A stretch of 64,000 nt of DNA from an uncultured Gammaproteobacteria bacterium (GCA_964466835.1 CAYXNV010000002.1:3779-67778); one strand, 5' to 3'. Counted from the first letter of the stretch, positions 18,666 to 28,872 are shown. Program-made: numbers and translations. Notes: generated from the sequence alone by a model not told the origin.

Positions 18666-19748
18666 ATGATTAAAGAAAAAAGACAAAAAATTATATTTTC
18701 TGGGGGTGGGACTGGCGGATCAGTCACACCATTATTAGCAGTGGCCGAGAAATATTTAGAACTTGAACCAAATACAGAATTGGTTTTTGTTGGTACTCGA
18801 AAAGGCCCAGAAAGAGAATTGGTTAATAATTGGTCAGGAGAAATGAAATTTATTTCTATACTAAGTGGCAAGTGGCGTCGTTATTTTTCTCTCCAAAATA
18901 TTCTTGATCTCTTTAAAATTGAATTAGCTTTTTATCAATCCCTATTTATTTTAATCAAAGAAAAACCTAAAGTGCTTGTTAGCGCTGGCGGTTTTGTTAG
19001 TGTGCCCTTAGCTTGGGCTGCCTGGGTGATGAAGATTCCAGTTTTAATCCATCAGCAAGATGTTAGGCCGGGCTTAGCTAATAAATTAATGTCTAAAGTA
19101 GCTAAAGTTACTACGGTTACCTTTGAAAAATCTTTGGCTGATTATGGCCCCAAAGCAATTTGGATTGGTAATCCTGTTAATCTAACTCCTGGTCAAAATA
19201 AAATAGCTGAGCCTAGAAATAAATATAGTTTAAAAGATGATAAACCAATTATCTTAGTAATCGGTGGTGGTACTGGCGCCCAAGGAATTAATGAATTAGT
19301 GCTGGCTAGCCTAGATAAATTATTAGAGTTTTGTCAGATTATTCATTTAACAGGGAAGAATAAGTTAAAAGAAATAAAGAAGGAAGGCTATTATTCTTTT
19401 GATTTTTTACCCCATCAAGAAACATTATCATTAATGTCCATTTTTGATTTAATAATTTCTCGTTGTGGATTAGGGGTGTTAACAGAGCTGTCTGCTCTAA
19501 AAAAACCAGCTATCCTTATTCCCATGCCCAATTCTCACCAAGAAGATAATGCTGACTTATTTAAAGAAAATGAAGCAGCTATAATACTTAATCAATTAGA
19601 ACTTAACTCAGAGCAATTAATTAAAGAGATATATAAAGTTCTATCCGATGATAAGTTGAAGCAAGAATTGAGTGAAAATATTGGTAAGGTGATTAAGACG
19701 GGTGCTAGTGAAAAAATGGTTGAATTAATTAAAAAGATAGCTAAATAA
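18666..19748 (+). CDS. murG: UDP-GlcNAc:undecaprenyl-PP-MurNAc-pentapeptide GlcNAc transferase
   Basis: N-terminal GGGTGGSVTPLLAVA G-loop; GT28 fold. Confidence 0.85.
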   Translation: MIKEKRQKIIFSGGGTGGSVTPLLAVAEKYLELEPNTELVFVGTRKGPERELVNNWSGEMKFISILSGKWRRYFSLQNILDLFKIELAFYQSLFILIKEKPKVLVSAGGFVSVPLAWAAWVMKIPVLIHQQDVRPGLANKLMSKVAKVTTVTFEKSLADYGPKAIWIGNPVNLTPGQNKIAEPRNKYSLKDDKPIILVIGGGTGAQGINELVLASLDKLLEFCQIIHLTGKNKLKEIKKEGYYSFDFLPHQETLSLMSIFDLIISRCGLGVLTELSALKKPAILIPMPNSHQEDNADLFKENEAAIILNQLELNSEQLIKEIYKVLSDDKLKQELSENIGKVIKTGASEKMVELIKKIAK

Positions 19749-19752
19749 AAAC

Positions 19753-21141
19753 ATGAAGAAGTTAAATATCTACATGATTGGAATTAAGGGAGTGGGCATG
19801 ACTATGTTAGCCCAATTTTTAGCTATCCAGGGACATAGTGTTTCTGGGTCTGATATTGAAGATGTTTTTCTAACTGACAAAGTCCTCAAGAAAGAAAAGA
19901 TAAAAGTATTTTCTCCTTTTAATATTAATAATATCCCTGAGAAAGTTGATTTAGTTATCTATTCTAGCGCTTTTAACAAAAGTAATAATATTGAATTGAA
20001 ATCTATTAATCAGAATAAAAAGATTAAAACAATTTCCTATGCCCAAGCTTTAGGCGATTTATTTAATCAATATCAAGGCATAGCTGTTTGTGGCAGTCAT
20101 GGTAAAACCACTGTTTCTGCCTGGCTCGGTTATGTATTAGAGAGGGCTGGTAAATCTCCTAACGTATTAGTTGGTTCTCGGGTGCCTCAGTTTAAAGGTA
20201 GTAGTTTATTAGGTAAATCAAAACTATTTGTGGCTGAAGTTGATGAATATCAGAATAAATTAAAATATTTTAAACCCCAAGGAGTGATATTAAATAATAT
20301 TGATTTTGACCATCCTGATTTTTTCAAAACTAAAGCTAGCTATCAAAAAGTATTTATTGATTTTGTAAAAAAGATTCCTCGCTCTGGTTTTTTAGTTGCT
20401 AATAATAATGATAAACAAGTTAAAAAGATAAAAGAATTTTGTCGTGGTCAAATTATTAGTTATGATTTAGCAGAAGAGCAGGGAAATGATGAGTTAGTTA
20501 ATTATTTAGCTCATGATCTAAAACAAGCTAATGGTTTTCAGACTTTTCAAGTTAATAATTTAGGAAGATTTAAAATAAAATCTTGGGGAGAACATAATGT
20601 CTATAACGCTTTAGCAGTTATTGCTACGGCCAGAGAATTGAAAGTTCCATTAGAAAAGATAAAAAAATATTTAGCTGAATTCAGAGGAACAGAACGCCGA
20701 GCTCAAATATTGGGAGAATATAAAAAAACAATAATTATTGATGATTACGCTCATCACCCAGCGGAGATAAAAACTACTTTAGCTGGTTTAAGAAAACATT
20801 ACTCTAACAAGAATATTATTACAGTTTTTCATCCCCACACTTTTACTCGCACCAAAGCTTTGTTTAAAGATTTTATCAAGAGCTTTAAAGACACTGATGA
20901 ATTAATTATTTTAGATATCTATGGTTCAGCCCGAGAAAAGCAGGGAGGAGTGTCCAGCGTTCAGTTAGTTAAAGAAATAAAGAAATATAATAGAACTGAA
21001 AAAATAAAACAGAAAGTTAGTCATATTTCTACCCTAGAACAGACCACCACGTATTTACGTAAGAATTTAAAAGCTAAAGATTTAGTATTATTAATGGGAG
21101 CGGGTGATGTTTTTAGAATTGGAAAGAGTTTGTTGAAGTAA
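19753..21141 (+). CDS. murC: UDP-N-acetylmuramate--L-alanine ligase
   Basis: MurC N-terminal GIKGVGMTMLA...SGSD block; P-loop AVCGSHGKTT. Confidence 0.85.
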   Translation: MKKLNIYMIGIKGVGMTMLAQFLAIQGHSVSGSDIEDVFLTDKVLKKEKIKVFSPFNINNIPEKVDLVIYSSAFNKSNNIELKSINQNKKIKTISYAQALGDLFNQYQGIAVCGSHGKTTVSAWLGYVLERAGKSPNVLVGSRVPQFKGSSLLGKSKLFVAEVDEYQNKLKYFKPQGVILNNIDFDHPDFFKTKASYQKVFIDFVKKIPRSGFLVANNNDKQVKKIKEFCRGQIISYDLAEEQGNDELVNYLAHDLKQANGFQTFQVNNLGRFKIKSWGEHNVYNALAVIATARELKVPLEKIKKYLAEFRGTERRAQILGEYKKTIIIDDYAHHPAEIKTTLAGLRKHYSNKNIITVFHPHTFTRTKALFKDFIKSFKDTDELIILDIYGSAREKQGGVSSVQLVKEIKKYNRTEKIKQKVSHISTLEQTTTYLRKNLKAKDLVLLMGAGDVFRIGKSLLK

Positions 21142-21168
21142 TAAATAATTTTAAAACAAATAAAAAAA

Positions 21169-21195
21169 GCCTCTAGTCGAGAGGCTTTTCGGTTT
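21169..21195. terminator. Bidirectional intrinsic terminator between convergent murC and the 21209-21982(-) gene
   Basis: gcctct-agtcg-agaggc hairpin with a flanking A-tract and T-tract. Confidence 0.65.
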
Positions 21196-21208
21196 TGATA
21201 CCATTTTT

Positions 21209-21982
21209 TCATTCAGGGGTGTGGATGGTAATGGTTTTTTCTTTCTGTAATCTTTCGTAGAATACAGAGTTTACTTTGACTTCTGACATACTCTGATCTA
21301 ATCTGCCCTTATGCTTTTCTTTTTCTTTGGCATTAGGCTTGGACAAGAAATAGACCGTGTTTATCTCATCTGGAATACGATTGGTAACTACAATTTTCCA
21401 TGCTTTCACCATTGTTTCTAGCTTAGATATCTTTTTGATAGCATTAGCTAGCCAAAGCCTGGCAATTTGAGAATAATTATTATTAAGATCATCCCCTAAC
21501 TGTTCTTTGGTTCGGTTGGTTCTTTCTATCCACCAGGGATCAACTTCAATTTTTTCTGGTCCATTTTCTTCTTCAAATTTCTTAATGTCCTCATGTAGTT
21601 GATAGATGCAATCGATTGCCTGGATGACAAGAGCTTTTTTGTTAGGTTTTTCCTGAATTAGACTTGTAACCATCTCTGGTATTTCAGAGCCTTTATCAGT
21701 ATAGGTGCTTGCCTGGAGTCGATATTCAATATCAGCAATGTTGGTTCCGAAGAATTTTTTGCCAGCTTTTTGATTTAAGACCTCATAGTATAGCAGGGAT
21801 ATAATTATATCCTGATCTTTACACCCCAATCTTTTAATGAGAATGTCGATTTTTTCAAATATCGCTGATTCTGATTTTAAAATATCACATACCCAGCGAA
21901 TAATTTTGTCAGTGTCCTGAGTAATGCCTACTCCACAATCAGTCAAAGTTTGTAAAATGTTTTCTTTTTCAATCTTTGTCAT
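21209..21982 (-). CDS. Hypothetical protein (orphan, opposite strand)
   Basis: 257-aa ORF; GC slightly above local average; no recognised motif. Confidence 0.4.
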   Translation of the reverse strand: MTKIEKENILQTLTDCGVGITQDTDKIIRWVCDILKSESAIFEKIDILIKRLGCKDQDIIISLLYYEVLNQKAGKKFFGTNIADIEYRLQASTYTDKGSEIPEMVTSLIQEKPNKKALVIQAIDCIYQLHEDIKKFEEENGPEKIEVDPWWIERTNRTKEQLGDDLNNNYSQIARLWLANAIKKISKLETMVKAWKIVVTNRIPDEINTVYFLSKPNAKEKEKHKGRLDQSMSEVKVNSVFYERLQKEKTITIHTPE

Positions 21983-22126
21983 GAGAATATTTTTTTGGTT
22001 ATTATTTATTTTTAAAGAATCAAATAACTATATCATTTTTAATTATTATTGTCAATTATTAGAGAAAAAATGTAACTTTTTCCCTATTTTTACGTATATT
22101 ATTATAGGGGTAGGGTCCCTTTTTTT

Positions 22127-23899
22127 GTGTTTATGAAAAAAGAAAGATTAAAATTAAAGGAATTTTGGCCAAAGTTTTGGAAATTACTTCAGCCATCACA
22201 GAAGCGGATTAAAATCTTGCTGATTTTGACTATTGCTTTTGAACTTATTGGTTTAATCAGTCCTTATATTTTAAAATTAATCATTGATTCAATTACTAAC
22301 TTTGATGTCAATCAGCTAAAACCATTATTATTACTAATTGTTGCTTTCTTTTTAAGTGAACAACTAAGCTCTTTATTTCATTATATCCGTGACAAGAGAA
22401 TCTTTTCTATGATTATGGATATTGAATATTATCTGCCAATTAAAGCCCAAGAAAAATTGGTAGGTCTAAGTTTGGGCTATCATGAAAAAGAGAATACGGG
22501 GAACAAGATAATTAAAATTGAAAAAGGTTTATATAAAATAATTGAGCTGATTATTAATTTAGCCTGGGAGGTTGGCCCAACCCTGGTTCAGCTCGTTGTT
22601 ACTCTAAGTGTTCTTGCCATTGTTGATTGGCGCTTAGCCATTACTTTCCTAGTCTTTGCACCAATATTTATTTTCATTACCTATAAATCAAACTCTATTT
22701 TATATCCAATTAGGAAGAAGCGTTATAAGGATTATGAAGTTGCTTCTGGTATGTTAGGTCAGTCAATTATTAATATTAATGCTGTTCAATCTTTTGTGCA
22801 GGAGAAACGTGAAGTAAGGGAATTTGGCAAGCTTAAGTTTGGAATTAAAATTAATGAACTAAAGGAATGGTTCCGTTTACTTGGTTTTGGTTTATATCGT
22901 AATTTAGCAATTGATTTAGGGAGGTTAGCTATTTTATTATTAGGCGTTTATTTTGTGGTTAATGATAGTATGACAATTGGTACTTTAGTATTTGTTATTA
23001 CCCTATCAGAAAAATCATATTTCTCTCTCTATCGTCTATCACGTTTTTATGACCGAGTAGCGGAAGGAGCAGAAGCGGTTAATCGTTTAGCCAGCCTATT
23101 AAATCAAGAATCAGACATCGTTAATATTGAAGACGGAATAAAGCCCAAGAAGATTATCGGTGATATTGTTTTCCAAGATGTTAATTTTATCTATAAGGAA
23201 GCTAAAAAGAAAGCAATCGATAATGTTAGCTTGAAGATAGATGCTGGTCAGATCACTGCTTTAGTTGGACCTTCTGGGGGAGGTAAAACTACTGTTGCTC
23301 GTTTAGTCTATCGTCACTATGATCCTCAAACAGGAAAAGTGCTTTTAGATGGAAAAGATCTTCGTGATTATGATGTTCATGCTTTTAGACGATTCTTGGC
23401 GGTTGTCCCTCAAGAAGTGGAAATATTTAATCTTAGTGTAAAGGAAAATATTGCCTATGCCCGACCTGAAGCTAGTGATGAAGAAGTGAGGGAGGCTGCT
23501 AAAATTGCTAACGCTGAAGAGTTTATCCTTAAATTAGGAGAAGGTTATGACACCTTAGTTGGTGAAAGAGGAATCAAGTTATCAGGTGGACAACGTCAAA
23601 GAGTGGGGATTGCTCGGGCTATCTTAGCTAATCCTCGTATCCTTATTTTTGATGAAGCCACCTCCAACCTAGACAGTCAGAGTGAAAGATTGATTCAAGA
23701 AGCAATGGAAAAAATTAGTAAAAATAGAACCCTAATTATAATTGCTCATCGTCTTAGTACAATTAAGAAAGCTGATAAGATAATTGTTTTAGAAGATGGT
23801 AAAGTAGCTGAACAGGGAAGTCATGCTGAATTAGCTAAGGTTAAAGGAGGTTTATACTCTAAATTGATCAAACTCCAAACAATGGGAGAAGTGGATTAA
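22127..23899 (+). CDS. ABC exporter, fused permease and ATPase (MsbA/MdlB-like)
   Basis: 6-TM domain followed by Walker A GPSGGGKTT, ABC signature LSGGQRQRVGIARA, Walker B ILIFDEATS. Confidence 0.85.
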   Translation: MFMKKERLKLKEFWPKFWKLLQPSQKRIKILLILTIAFELIGLISPYILKLIIDSITNFDVNQLKPLLLLIVAFFLSEQLSSLFHYIRDKRIFSMIMDIEYYLPIKAQEKLVGLSLGYHEKENTGNKIIKIEKGLYKIIELIINLAWEVGPTLVQLVVTLSVLAIVDWRLAITFLVFAPIFIFITYKSNSILYPIRKKRYKDYEVASGMLGQSIININAVQSFVQEKREVREFGKLKFGIKINELKEWFRLLGFGLYRNLAIDLGRLAILLLGVYFVVNDSMTIGTLVFVITLSEKSYFSLYRLSRFYDRVAEGAEAVNRLASLLNQESDIVNIEDGIKPKKIIGDIVFQDVNFIYKEAKKKAIDNVSLKIDAGQITALVGPSGGGKTTVARLVYRHYDPQTGKVLLDGKDLRDYDVHAFRRFLAVVPQEVEIFNLSVKENIAYARPEASDEEVREAAKIANAEEFILKLGEGYDTLVGERGIKLSGGQRQRVGIARAILANPRILIFDEATSNLDSQSERLIQEAMEKISKNRTLIIIAHRLSTIKKADKIIVLEDGKVAEQGSHAELAKVKGGLYSKLIKLQTMGEVD

Positions 23900-23929
23900 A
23901 GATATAGATTCAATTTGTAAGTTAAACAA

Positions 23930-23958
23930 AAGATAGACTAGAGATAGTCTATCTTTAT
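23930..23958 (+). terminator. Intrinsic terminator of the ABC exporter gene
   Basis: 10-bp stem aagatagact/agtctatctt followed by a T-tract. Confidence 0.65.
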
Positions 23959-23961
23959 ATA

Positions 23962-23990
23962 TTGACAAAAATACATAAATATGCTATATT
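23962..23990 (+). promoter_or_regulatory. Sigma70-type promoter for the lipoprotein cassette
   Basis: TTGACA, 17-nt spacer, TATATT; about 50 nt upstream of the ATG at 24040. Confidence 0.55.
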
Positions 23991-24039
23991 AATAATAGTA
24001 AATTGAACATTAATATTTATCACCAAAACCCTTCAAGTC

Positions 24040-24579
24040 ATGAAAAATCTGAGATTTTTTACCTGCCTGGTCGCAATGACCTTTATTGCCTTATTTTTTT
24101 CTTCCTGCGAGAAATATGAGCACGATTCTTATCACAGAATGGCAATGCAAACCCTTACTCCGGATAATCCGGTTGGAGAATTTGCAGTTGTAGAGCTCAA
24201 CAATAACCCTCCGATTCCTGGAACAAAAGATTTTCAGATAACTTTCAAGGGAGAAGAAATTTTCTCAGGAAAGTTCTATCAAGACAATCTTGGCCCGGAA
24301 TATGAAATTATCACTGAATTTGTCCGGAAAGATGATGATACCGGTTTGAATATCTGGTATGTCTACATTGTTTCCCAGCCAGCCTATCATCATGTTTTTC
24401 TCCTGGTGAGAGAAGATGGTGAAGTGGTGGAAGAAAAAATTACCTATTGCGTAGAAGTATGGGGCAGACTTGTATTCCCACGTTTAGGAGTATTTTTCGA
24501 CGGATATTATCATATCCTTTTACGAAACAATGACCATGAGGATGTATCACTTATCAAAGTCAAGTTTCCCCAGTGGTAG
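24040..24579 (+). CDS. Putative lipoprotein (GC-elevated, probably acquired)
   Basis: Signal peptide ending in the lipobox-like FFSSC; GC about 40% against about 33% background; uses G/C-ending codons that are rare elsewhere in the window. Confidence 0.5.
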   Translation: MKNLRFFTCLVAMTFIALFFSSCEKYEHDSYHRMAMQTLTPDNPVGEFAVVELNNNPPIPGTKDFQITFKGEEIFSGKFYQDNLGPEYEIITEFVRKDDDTGLNIWYVYIVSQPAYHHVFLLVREDGEVVEEKITYCVEVWGRLVFPRLGVFFDGYYHILLRNNDHEDVSLIKVKFPQW

Positions 24580-24605
24580 GGTCCAAACAAGAAAAAATTA
24601 ATTTG

Positions 24606-24636
24606 AGCCATCTCTTAGTTGAGATGGCTTTTTTAA
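24606..24636 (+). terminator. Intrinsic terminator
   Basis: agccatctc-ttagtt-gagatggct hairpin followed by TTTTTT. Confidence 0.7.
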
Positions 24637-24716
24637 TGTTGACTTCAGTTAAATTATATATTAAGGTTATTTATTAATAGTTAATATAGTTCATTAATAT
24701 ATAAATTATAAACACC

Positions 24717-25232
24717 ATGAAAAAGACAAATATTGATATTGGTTTTATTGGGGTGGCTCAATTTCTTTTTACCGTTCCCAATAATTTTTCTTTAGAAGTC
24801 TTCAGAAAAAGACATGCGAATGATATTCATATTGATAAAATTGTTATTGATGAGAATTTCTATCCCAGCACACTCTTGAGAGCTGGTGAGCCTAAAATTG
24901 CAGTTATTGTCCAATTGACTCAAGGCAGCATCTTGAATCGTTGCCGGGCTTTTGTCAAAAGCCAGGGCGGTCAGCTCCCCAATGCTCAAGGAGTGGCAAT
25001 GGCCTGGGAAAAAAATATGAACGAATTTCCTAAGGGTCGCTGGGTTTACGCCTTAGATCGTGAGGAAAATTTGTTTAAGGATAAAGTGCCTAATAATCCT
25101 TGTGTCCGGGCAGCAGCGATTATGGTCAATGAAAAAACATCATTATTCAATTCAGCCGGAATATCAGGTCAGTGCCATAATGGCATAATTAGAGCTGGCT
25201 CTTGTATTCTTTATTTTAAAGATCCGGAGTAA
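24717..25232 (+). CDS. Hypothetical Cys-containing protein with an N-terminal hydrophobic segment (GC-elevated, probably acquired)
   Basis: 171-aa ORF with about 45% GC; N-terminal hydrophobic stretch IGFIGVAQFLFTV; 4 Cys residues. Confidence 0.45.
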   Translation: MKKTNIDIGFIGVAQFLFTVPNNFSLEVFRKRHANDIHIDKIVIDENFYPSTLLRAGEPKIAVIVQLTQGSILNRCRAFVKSQGGQLPNAQGVAMAWEKNMNEFPKGRWVYALDREENLFKDKVPNNPCVRAAAIMVNEKTSLFNSAGISGQCHNGIIRAGSCILYFKDPE

Positions 25233-25315
25233 ATAAAAACATTTAATACAAAAGGCGTCTACTATAGGCGTCTTTTTTAATTTACTAATCCTATTTTTTC
25301 CCCTATAATTAAAAT

Positions 25316-26338
25316 ATGCTAAATATTAAGAAAAATAAGGCTTTAGCACCTCATACTACTATTAAAATCGGTTCTTCTGCCGAATTTTTTGCTGTAGTTA
25401 GGAATAGAGAAGATATTCTAGAAGCAATTGATTGGGCTAAGAAGAATAATAGGGATGTATTTACTTTAGGAGGTGGTTCTAATCTTTTAATTACTAAAAA
25501 AATTAAAGCTTTAGTAATTAAAAATGAAATTAAAGGAATAAAGATTGTTAAGAAAAATAAGACTAGCGCTGTTATTGAGGCTAATTCTGGTGAGCTGTGG
25601 TCATGTTTGGTAAGTTTTTCAGTTGAAAATAAATTATATGGCTTAGAAAATCTTTTTCTAATTCCTGGTACAGTCGGAGCAGCCCCAATGCAAAATATTG
25701 GTGCCTATGGTTCAGAGCTAAAGGATGTTTTTCATTATCTGCGAGCAATTAATTTAAAAACTGGTAAAGAAAAAATATTTAAAGCAGCTGATTGTCAGTT
25801 TGGCTATCGCGATAGTGTATTTAAGAAAAAATTAAAAGGAAAGTATTTTATCTATTCCGTCGCGGTTAAACTAAGCACTAAACCCAAGTTTAAATTGAAC
25901 TATGGGGCAATTAAAGAAAAATTAGCAACTAAAGGAATTAAAAAGCCAGAGTTGAAAGATATTGTTAAAGTGATTCAGGAAATTAGAAATAGCAAGCTAC
26001 CAAATCCAGTCACTATTCCCAACGCTGGCTCTTTCTTTAAGAATCCAGAAATAAATTTAAATCAATTTAAAAAGTTAAAAGATAAATATCCCAATATCCC
26101 TAACTATCCCGGCAAGACTAAAAACAAAGTTAAAGTCCCAGCTGGTTGGTTGATTGAACAAGCCGGCTTCAAAGGAAAAAAATTTGGTCCGGTAGCGATG
26201 TACGAGAAACAAGCTTTGATACTAGTAAACTATGGCAAAGCCAAACCCAATCAAGTATTATCATTGGTAAAAAAGATAAAAACCACAGTAAAAAGAAAGT
26301 TTGGGGTTGATTTGCAAGAAGAAGTTAATATAATATAG
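25316..26338 (+). CDS. murB: UDP-N-acetylenolpyruvoylglucosamine reductase
   Basis: FAD-binding N-terminus HTTIKIGSSAEFF...LGGGSNLL; MurB C-terminal domain. Confidence 0.85.
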   Translation: MLNIKKNKALAPHTTIKIGSSAEFFAVVRNREDILEAIDWAKKNNRDVFTLGGGSNLLITKKIKALVIKNEIKGIKIVKKNKTSAVIEANSGELWSCLVSFSVENKLYGLENLFLIPGTVGAAPMQNIGAYGSELKDVFHYLRAINLKTGKEKIFKAADCQFGYRDSVFKKKLKGKYFIYSVAVKLSTKPKFKLNYGAIKEKLATKGIKKPELKDIVKVIQEIRNSKLPNPVTIPNAGSFFKNPEINLNQFKKLKDKYPNIPNYPGKTKNKVKVPAGWLIEQAGFKGKKFGPVAMYEKQALILVNYGKAKPNQVLSLVKKIKTTVKRKFGVDLQEEVNII

Positions 26339-26344
26339 AAAAGT

Positions 26345-26677
26345 ATGAATAACATTAGTATTAAAGAATTGCAAAATTTAATAATACAACAAGCTAAAGA
26401 GAAGGGTTTTGGAACTAAGCCAGAAGAAATTAATGTTGCAGAGAAAATTGCTTTGATTCATTCTGAAGTTTCTGAAGCTCTTGAAGCATATCGCCACAAA
26501 AATATGGATGGCAAGGATGGATTTGAGGAGGAATTAGGTGATGTCATTCAAAGAGTTCTTCATCTTTGCGGAATTTTTAACATTGATATTGAAAAAGCAA
26601 TTTTAAAGAAATTTAATGATAATCAAAATAGAGAGTGGGATTGGGAAAATATAAACGAGACTCATTCTAAAGAATAA
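26345..26677 (+). CDS. MazG-like nucleoside-triphosphate pyrophosphohydrolase (single all-alpha domain)
   Basis: EVSEALE...EELGDVIQ metal-binding motif of the MazG family. Confidence 0.7.
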   Translation: MNNISIKELQNLIIQQAKEKGFGTKPEEINVAEKIALIHSEVSEALEAYRHKNMDGKDGFEEELGDVIQRVLHLCGIFNIDIEKAILKKFNDNQNREWDWENINETHSKE

Positions 26678-26687
26678 ATTAATTAAT

Positions 26688-28478
26688 ATGACTAGCAAAG
26701 AACTGAGACAAAAATATTTAGACTTTTTTAAAGCTAAAGATCATGCTGTGATTTCTAGTGCTTCTTTGATTCCGGAAAATGATCCCACTGTTCTATTCAC
26801 CACAGCTGGCATGCAACCATTAGTGCCATATTTATTAGGAGAAAAACATCCTGAAGGAAATCGTCTAGTTAATATGCAGAAATGTGTTCGCACTGGTGAT
26901 ATTGATGAAGTAGGTGACACGGTTCATCATACTTATTTTGAAATGATGGGTAATTGGTCTTTGGGAGATTATTTTAAAGAAGATTCCATTAAATGGAGTT
27001 TAGAGTTTCTTACTTCATCCGAATGGTTAAATTTAGATATTAATCGTTTAGCGGTTTCTGTTTTTGTTGGTGACGATGATGCTCCTTTTGATGAAGAGTC
27101 ATATAATATCTGGAAAGATTTAGGAATACCAGAAAAGCGAATAGCTAAATTGCCAAAAGAAAATAATTGGTGGGAATCTCCAGGTGCAACTGGACCTTGT
27201 GGACCTGATACAGAAATTTTTTACTGGACTGGTGATCCCAACAAAGTCCCAGAGAATTTTAACGATGATAATGATCTCTGGAAAGAAATTTGGAACAATG
27301 TTTTCATGGAGTATAATAAAACAACCGAAGGGAAGTTTGAGCCATTAAAACAAAAGAATGTAGATACTGGTTTAGGCTTAGCTCGGGTTTTATCTATTAT
27401 TAATGATCTGGGTGATAATTATAAAACAGATCTGTTTAGTAGTTTAATTAACAAAGTGGAAGAACTAAGCGGAAAGAAATATGAAGAAAGCGAAGAGATA
27501 ACTAAAGCAATGCGCATAATTACTGACCACATCAAGGCTGCTACTTTCATTATTGGTGATGATAAAGGAATTGCTCCCTCTAATACTGATCAAGGCTATG
27601 TAGTGAGGCGGTTGATCCGTCGTGCTATTAGATATGGACGACAATTAGGTATCACTCAAGAAACTTGGATTACAGAATTGGCTCAAATTGTAATTAATGA
27701 ACAAGGATTTATTTGTAATAGTATTGAAAGGAATAAAGAATTTATTATCACTGAACTTAATCAAGAAGAAAGTAAGTTTAATCAAACTTTAGAGAAGGGA
27801 ATGAAAGAATTTGATAAATTAAGTCAGGATATTACTGGCGTTCAAGCTTTTAACCTATATCAAAGCTATGGCTTTCCTTTAGAAATGACTAAAGAACTAG
27901 CTGAAGAAAAAGGAATAAAAGTTGATAGTGAAGGATTTGAAATTGAACTAAAGAAGCACCAAGACCTTTCTCGTACGGCTGCGGCTGGCAAGTTTAAGGG
28001 TGGTTTGGCTGATAATGATGAAGAGACAACTAAGCTACATACGGCTGCCCATCTATTATTGGCTGCTCTACGTAAGGTTTTGGGTGATCATGTGGTACAA
28101 AGAGGAAGTAATATTACTCCCGAGAGATTGCGTTTAGATTTTTCTCATTCTGATAAATTAACTCCGGAACAAATTACTGAAGTGGAAGAACTAGTTAATC
28201 AGGCCATTACTCATGATTTTAAAGTAGCTTATGAAGAAATATCTGTAGATGAGGCCAAAAAACGAGGAGCAATGGGAGTTTTTGACTCTAAATATGGTGA
28301 AAAAGTAAAAGTTTATACAGTTTGCCACCTAGGAACTGACTTTAACGAAGCTTTTTCTCAAGAGATTTGTGGTGGTCCTCACGTTGATAATACGGGCATT
28401 TTGGGACATTTTAAAATCACAAAAGAGGAGTCATCCAGTGCCGGTGTTAGGCGGATTAAGGCAATCCTAGAAAATTAA
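26688..28478 (+). CDS. alaS: Alanyl-tRNA synthetase, compact form lacking the C-terminal C-Ala domain
   Basis: AlaRS N-terminus (DPTVLFTTAGMQP, KCVRTGDID, MGNWSLGDYFK); editing-domain motifs HTAAHLL and CGGPHV; 596 aa. Confidence 0.85.
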   Translation: MTSKELRQKYLDFFKAKDHAVISSASLIPENDPTVLFTTAGMQPLVPYLLGEKHPEGNRLVNMQKCVRTGDIDEVGDTVHHTYFEMMGNWSLGDYFKEDSIKWSLEFLTSSEWLNLDINRLAVSVFVGDDDAPFDEESYNIWKDLGIPEKRIAKLPKENNWWESPGATGPCGPDTEIFYWTGDPNKVPENFNDDNDLWKEIWNNVFMEYNKTTEGKFEPLKQKNVDTGLGLARVLSIINDLGDNYKTDLFSSLINKVEELSGKKYEESEEITKAMRIITDHIKAATFIIGDDKGIAPSNTDQGYVVRRLIRRAIRYGRQLGITQETWITELAQIVINEQGFICNSIERNKEFIITELNQEESKFNQTLEKGMKEFDKLSQDITGVQAFNLYQSYGFPLEMTKELAEEKGIKVDSEGFEIELKKHQDLSRTAAAGKFKGGLADNDEETTKLHTAAHLLLAALRKVLGDHVVQRGSNITPERLRLDFSHSDKLTPEQITEVEELVNQAITHDFKVAYEEISVDEAKKRGAMGVFDSKYGEKVKVYTVCHLGTDFNEAFSQEICGGPHVDNTGILGHFKITKEESSSAGVRRIKAILEN

Positions 28479-28502
28479 TTAGTTTTAGCCAATTTTAGCT
28501 AT

Positions 28503-28531
28503 TGACAAGATTTAATCTTGTATCTATAATG
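28503..28531 (+). promoter_or_regulatory. Consensus sigma70 promoter of the infA-rpmJ-rpsM-rpsK-rpsD-rpoA-rplQ-rplM-rpsI operon
   Basis: TTGACA (28503-08), 17-nt spacer, TATAAT (28526-31). Confidence 0.7.
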
Positions 28532-28620
28532 ATTTTATTAAGATTATTATAAAAAACTTAATTATTTTTTAAAAGAATTTTGATAAGGTAGAGTAATCTT
28601 TATCAAATTTTTTTGTGTTA

Positions 28621-28872
28621 ATGTCAAACGAAAAAAAGAACGAAAGTTCAGACAATCTCAATGCTAAAGATTTTATTGAGATGCAAGGAGAGGTGTTAGA
28701 GCTAATGCCCGCTGCTACTTTTAAGGTAGCCTTAGAAAACGGTCATGAAATTTTAGCTCACCTATCTGGCAAGATGCGAATGCACAGAATTCGTCTTTTG
28801 CCTGGTGACAAAGTTAAGCTCCAGATTAGTCCTTATGATTTATCCAAAGGACGAATCACTTATCGCCTCTAA
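28621..28872 (+). CDS. infA: Translation initiation factor IF-1
   Basis: S1-like fold [10 protein letters not shown]...[20 protein letters not shown]...; the ORF track starts at a GTG (28615) two codons upstream. Confidence 0.9.
   Translation: MSNEKKNESSDNLNAKDFIEMQGEVLELMPAATFKVALENGHEILAHLSGKMRMHRIRLLPGDKVKLQISPYDLSKGRITYRL

Noticed and set aside
25233-25315. Apparent terminator hairpin after the Cys-containing ORF (aaggcgtctactataggcgtcttttt)
   Set aside because: On inspection the two GGCGTCT copies are a direct repeat, not an inverted one, so no stable stem forms. Only the T-tract is present.
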